From NCBI GenBank assembly GCA_035532495.1, contig DATKQX010000134.1, positions 67,051 to 131,050 on the forward strand: a stretch of 64,000 nt of DNA. Direction: 5' to 3'. The DNA comes from Candidatus Saccharimonadales bacterium. GTDB lineage: Bacteria; Chloroflexota; Dormibacteria; Aeolococcales; Aeolococcaceae. The notes beneath the pieces are model-generated. The model was not told where the DNA came from. It searched no databases and saw only the letters and a program-made list of their open reading frames with translations. Below, piece by piece: positions 60,503 to 64,000 of the stretch. The position numbers and the translations under genes are program-made. Each line of letters begins with the position of its first letter. Position 1 is the first letter of the stretch.

Positions 60503-61470
60503 CGGCTGTTCCGCTGTCCGGCGGTAGCGGCGTCCCAGCGCTCACGGTGGAGCATCTGTCGAAGCGATTCGGCGATCGCCTTGCATTCGAGGATGTCTCC
60601 TTCGAGGTGGGACGCGGGGAGGTGTTCGGGTTTCTCGGCCCCAACGGTGCCGGCAAGACGACGACGGTGCGCACACTCGGGACGCTCATCGCGCCGTCGT
60701 CGGGGACGGCGACCGTCGCCGGCATTCCGCTCCTCCCCGAGAACGGCGTCGACATCCGCCGGAGGATCGCGATCATGCCGGAGTCGCCCGGGCTCTACCT
60801 CCGGCTCAGCGTGCGCGAGAACCTCGAGTGCTTCGCCGACCTGTACGAAGCATCAAACTCGAAGCACCGTATCGAATTCGCGCTCCACGCGGTCAATCTT
60901 GCTGACCGGGCCAACGATGCCTGCGGCACGCTGTCCAAAGGTCTGCGACAGCGTGTGGCGCTCGCGAGGGCGTTGCTCGGCGACCCGGAGGTGCTGTTTC
61001 TCGACGAACCAACGGCGGGACTGGATCCGGTCGCCGCGCGAGATGTCCACGAGTTGATCGACGAGCTGCGCAAGCGCGGCGTGACGATCTTCCTCACCAC
61101 GCATCGCCTTGAGGAGGCCGAGCGTCTCTGCGATCGAGTCGCGATCCTCAACAGCACGCTGCGCACGATCGGCCGTCCCGACGAGCTGCGTGAGCGGCTA
61201 TTCTCCAAGACGCTCACGGTGAGAACGCTCGTTCCGCTCGCCGACGCCGGCAATGTGTTCGCGGGCCTTCCGGGCGCGGGTGCCTGGCGTCAGGATATCG
61301 CTGCGACGTACGTGCTTGACGTCACCGACGCCACCGTTGCGGCACCGGCGGTGACGCGAGCGCTCGTAGCGGCCGGCGCGGACGTTTTGTCGATCAGCGA
61401 GTCGCAGCACTCGCTCGAGGACGTGTATCTCCAGCTGATCGATGAGGACCGGGAGGCGGGCCGCACGTGA
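60499..61470 (+). CDS. ABC transporter ATP-binding protein
   Basis: ATGA overlap upstream. Walker A GPNGAGKTTT, signature LSKGLRQRV, Walker B VLFLDEPTAGLD. Confidence 0.9.
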   Translation: MTAVPLSGGSGVPALTVEHLSKRFGDRLAFEDVSFEVGRGEVFGFLGPNGAGKTTTVRTLGTLIAPSSGTATVAGIPLLPENGVDIRRRIAIMPESPGLYLRLSVRENLECFADLYEASNSKHRIEFALHAVNLADRANDACGTLSKGLRQRVALARALLGDPEVLFLDEPTAGLDPVAARDVHELIDELRKRGVTIFLTTHRLEEAERLCDRVAILNSTLRTIGRPDELRERLFSKTLTVRTLVPLADAGNVFAGLPGAGAWRQDIAATYVLDVTDATVAAPAVTRALVAAGADVLSISESQHSLEDVYLQLIDEDREAGRT

Positions 61471-62192
61471 AGCTGAGCGCGCGACGCATCGGCGCGATCT
61501 TTCGCAAGGAACTGCGCGAGTTCCGGCACAACGGATCCATCGTGGTCACCATGGCGGTCCTCCCCCTGATCTTTGTCATCCCCCCACTGATCGCACTGCT
61601 CGAACTGTCGTCGTCGGGAGCGGGTGGCCTCCTCAACGGCGACCCGCTGGCCTACCTGCTTGGCATTCCGGCTTTGGTGCCGGCGACGGTCGCCGCATAC
61701 TCGGTGGTCGGAGAGCGCCAGCAGGGCACGCTCGAGCCGGTGCTCACGACGCCGATTCGCCGCGAGGAGTTTCTGCTTGGGAAGGCGCTCGCGGCGTTCA
61801 TCCCTTCGCTGTTCATCTCGTACTCGGTGTTTGGCCTGTTCCTCGCGTGCATCGCGCTGTTCGCACACCCCGCGGTCGCATCGGCGGCGTTCCAGGTGCC
61901 GGATCTGATTGCGCAGGTGCTGTTCACGCCGCTCATCGCCGGCTGGGCCATCTGGCTTGGCATGGCGATCTCCACGCGAGTGAGCGAGATCCGCGTCGCG
62001 CAGCAGCTCGGCGTCCTCGCTAGCGTCCCCTCGGCGGTGGTGACTGCGTTCATCGCCTACGACGTCATTCAGATCACGCCGCGGCTCGTCGTCTTTTTCG
62101 CAGTGCTGCTGCTGGTGCTCGACGTCGTCGGGTATCGGTTCGTGTCCGCGCTGTTCGACCGTGAGCGACTCATGACGGGGGCGCGGTCGTAA
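61467..62192 (+). CDS. ABC-2 type transporter permease
   Basis: GTGA overlap upstream. 241 aa with about 6 TM segments. Confidence 0.75.
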   Translation: MKLSARRIGAIFRKELREFRHNGSIVVTMAVLPLIFVIPPLIALLELSSSGAGGLLNGDPLAYLLGIPALVPATVAAYSVVGERQQGTLEPVLTTPIRREEFLLGKALAAFIPSLFISYSVFGLFLACIALFAHPAVASAAFQVPDLIAQVLFTPLIAGWAIWLGMAISTRVSEIRVAQQLGVLASVPSAVVTAFIAYDVIQITPRLVVFFAVLLLVLDVVGYRFVSALFDRERLMTGARS

Positions 62193-62922
62193 CGCTCTGA
62201 CCGATCGGTTCGCAATGCAGCGCCGCCATGCTGGCCCCGACGTGCTCATCGAGCCAGTTCGTCAGCGGCGCAGCAGCGCGCCATGTGCCGGCGACGTGAC
62301 CGACGGCGTCGTCACGACCGACGCGCGATGTGCCGGCTGTCAGGCGTCCCGCGAGGAGCGACCGGAATCGCAGCATCTCATCTCGCGGGTGATCGCGCGG
62401 GAATCCGCGAGGCACCGAGGCCATGCTGTCGCTGATGAGCTCAAGACCGGCCCGCCGTGTTGCGACGAGCGCCTCTGTCAGACGCGCGCCGGGCTGCGCG
62501 TCGACGACTGCGTCTCTGTACCGGCGCAGCTGATCGGATGCGAGGCGGTGGTATCCCGCGCCGGCGTAGAGACCGCGCGCGGAAATGTCCGCATAGAGCC
62601 GAGCTCTCACCGGCGCCTCGAAGTCGAGGACGCCGTACGTTCTCGTCTTGAAGGGAGTCGAAGGCGCAAAGCGCATATCGTTCTGCTGCCGGAACACGTG
62701 GACGGTGCCGCCGAACGTCCCGCTCAACTCCTGCAGCATGAGTGTGAACGGGACTCGCACGTCCGCCTCGTACCGATCACGCGCCGCCTTGAAATACTCA
62801 CGTGAGTTGTCGTGCTCGAGTCCCGCGAACCACTCAAACGTCGATGCGCTGAATCCCTGAAAGAGAGGCTGCGTCGCGCCGGCTTCTTCATGCGGACGTT
62901 GCTGTTTCGAGCGCATACCCAC
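62170..62922 (-). CDS. DUF2461 (TIGR02453) family protein
   Basis: FEWFAGLEHDNSREYFKAARDRYEADVRVPF is the typical family N-terminus. 250 aa. Confidence 0.8.
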   Translation of the reverse strand: MGMRSKQQRPHEEAGATQPLFQGFSASTFEWFAGLEHDNSREYFKAARDRYEADVRVPFTLMLQELSGTFGGTVHVFRQQNDMRFAPSTPFKTRTYGVLDFEAPVRARLYADISARGLYAGAGYHRLASDQLRRYRDAVVDAQPGARLTEALVATRRAGLELISDSMASVPRGFPRDHPRDEMLRFRSLLAGRLTAGTSRVGRDDAVGHVAGTWRAAAPLTNWLDEHVGASMAALHCEPIGQSVTTAPPS

Positions 62923-63254
62923 AATGATGCCGCGATGCCACGGTCACGACGCGGACGTCGCTCTCACCTCCGAATAAGAGGGCCGCGTCCAAACGACTCG
63001 AGGCGGCCCGGGCAAGGGGGGAGGAGGTTCTCAGGAATCAGCTGTCCGCGGCCATCATTCCTGCGAGCGATGGTCACCCTCTCCATCGGTGGTTGCTCGG
63101 ATCGCCGATGCTGTTGTCCGGCCACACCGACGAATCCTTGCCGATGCGTGATCAACTCGTTGGAATACAGTGCGCAGCTGATGGGTCGATCATCGACCCT
63201 TCGCATGTTGGGGCGGCCGCTGGGGCTCGGGCGGGGGTGTGTGAGCCATCACGC

Positions 63255-64000
63255 TCACCGGGTGCGGTGAGCCGCCAAGGCGAGGTTGTATGCGAGTGAC
63301 GGTGCCCAGCGCCCAGCGTCGATCATGGCGCGCACGAACCATCGCGGAGTGTGGGGCATGTGATGCAGCAACGTCGGCGTGAGATCGCGCCACCCCCTGC
63401 CGGGGATGAACACGGGTATCTGCTGGATCAAGCCTTCGGCCGTGTCGACCTCGGCGCCGGCCCTGACAACCGCTCGACGCAGCTGACCTAAGTCCCACTC
63501 GAAGAGGTGCTCCGGATTCTCCACCAGTTCGAAACCCCGAACTCGAGTCAACAAATGGCGGCGGTTCGGTGTTGTGATAATCAGCCTCCCATTGGGTTTG
63601 AGTAGCTCCACCCAGCGGCGCAGCGCTGCCTGAGGTTCGGTGAGATGCTCGATGATCTCGCCGGCGTAGACGGCATCGAACCTGCCCTTTTCGAAGGGCG
63701 GCTCGTCCGCTGGGGCAAAGCGCGAATCCACGCCTCTTTGCTGCAGCGCAGCCACCGCTGCCGGATCGCGATCGAACGCGTGTACGGTGAAGGGCCAGGG
63801 CCCGCTGTGCCACACCATGGAGTAACCGGAGCCAACGTCGCAGACCTCACCGCTGATCCCCTCCAGGAGCCTGCGACACTGCCGCAGCCGGGCCTCGTTG
63901 AATGCCGTGCCCCATCGGTCGGCCACGTACGCCGTCTGGTGGTCGGGTCGCGAGTAGTTGCGTTCGAGTACGGGCTCGGCGCTGCTGACGACCTCGTGTT
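63255..64000 (-). CDS. class I SAM-dependent methyltransferase, 5' end beyond the window
   Basis: SAM motif VCDVGSGYS...DAVYAGEIIEHL. The reading frame stays open upstream of GTG 63926 to base 64000 (...ERNYSRPDHQTAYVADRWG), so the gene is probably truncated by the window edge. Confidence 0.8.
   Translation of the reverse strand, partial: HEVVSSAEPVLERNYSRPDHQTAYVADRWGTAFNEARLRQCRRLLEGISGEVCDVGSGYSMVWHSGPWPFTVHAFDRDPAAVAALQQRGVDSRFAPADEPPFEKGRFDAVYAGEIIEHLTEPQAALRRWVELLKPNGRLIITTPNRRHLLTRVRGFELVENPEHLFEWDLGQLRRAVVRAGAEVDTAEGLIQQIPVFIPGRGWRDLTPTLLHHMPHTPRWFVRAMIDAGRWAPSLAYNLALAAHRTR

Noticed and set aside
62964-63206. 80-aa minus-strand ORF inside the 332-bp gap.
   Set aside because: GC3 is about 65 % by hand count, well below that of real genes here. 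There is no SD and no recognisable family, and a terminator-like hairpin lies inside its 3' end. It is kept only as an alternative explanation in the gap finding.

Overview
Very GC-rich bacterial chromosomal window. Real genes show G/C at almost every third codon position, many GTG/TTG starts, and many ATGA/GTGA 4-nt gene overlaps. Gene content suggests Actinomycetota: a GlgE maltosyltransferase pathway, mycothiol-type DinB enzymes, and an ECF42-type sigma factor with DGPF/YCII genes. I call about 58 protein-coding genes. (1) The purine operon is split: purQ'-purL-purF at 1-3813 and purM-purN-purH at 15686-18935, separated by about 12 kb of accessory genes. These are a PLP dehydratase, a frameshifted HEAT-repeat gene, a DrrAB-like ABC exporter with a divergent TetR fusion regulator, two DGPF genes plus the ECF42 sigma, and a three-gene 2-oxoacid oxidoreductase cluster. 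(2) A translationally coupled glgE-treS-pep2-glgB operon lies on the minus strand. (3) The remainder is housekeeping and accessory: split DipZ-like thioredoxin/CcdA, CFA-synthase-like methyltransferase, aconitase, LemA, RecJ, cobB followed by an AAA+/VWA pair, an orphan B12-binding domain, L25/Ctc, MscS, a CHAP hydrolase, an ABC-F ATPase, two MFS transporters, a large Cys-rich secreted protein, a PAS-GGDEF-EAL protein, a MarR-MFS pair and a PadR-ABC operon. I found no rRNA, tRNA, CRISPR array, transposase or integrase. I do not see a convincing wholly new multi-gene system. The best leads for undescribed biology are: a covarying twin-hairpin leader conserved upstream of both DGPF paralogues; a coding-like, stop-terminated leader in frame with the ABC-F gene; the TetR-beta-domain fusion; the cobB-AAA+-VWA-microORF unit; and the unassignable secreted Cys-rich protein. 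All family assignments rest on motif recognition by eye, with no database searches.
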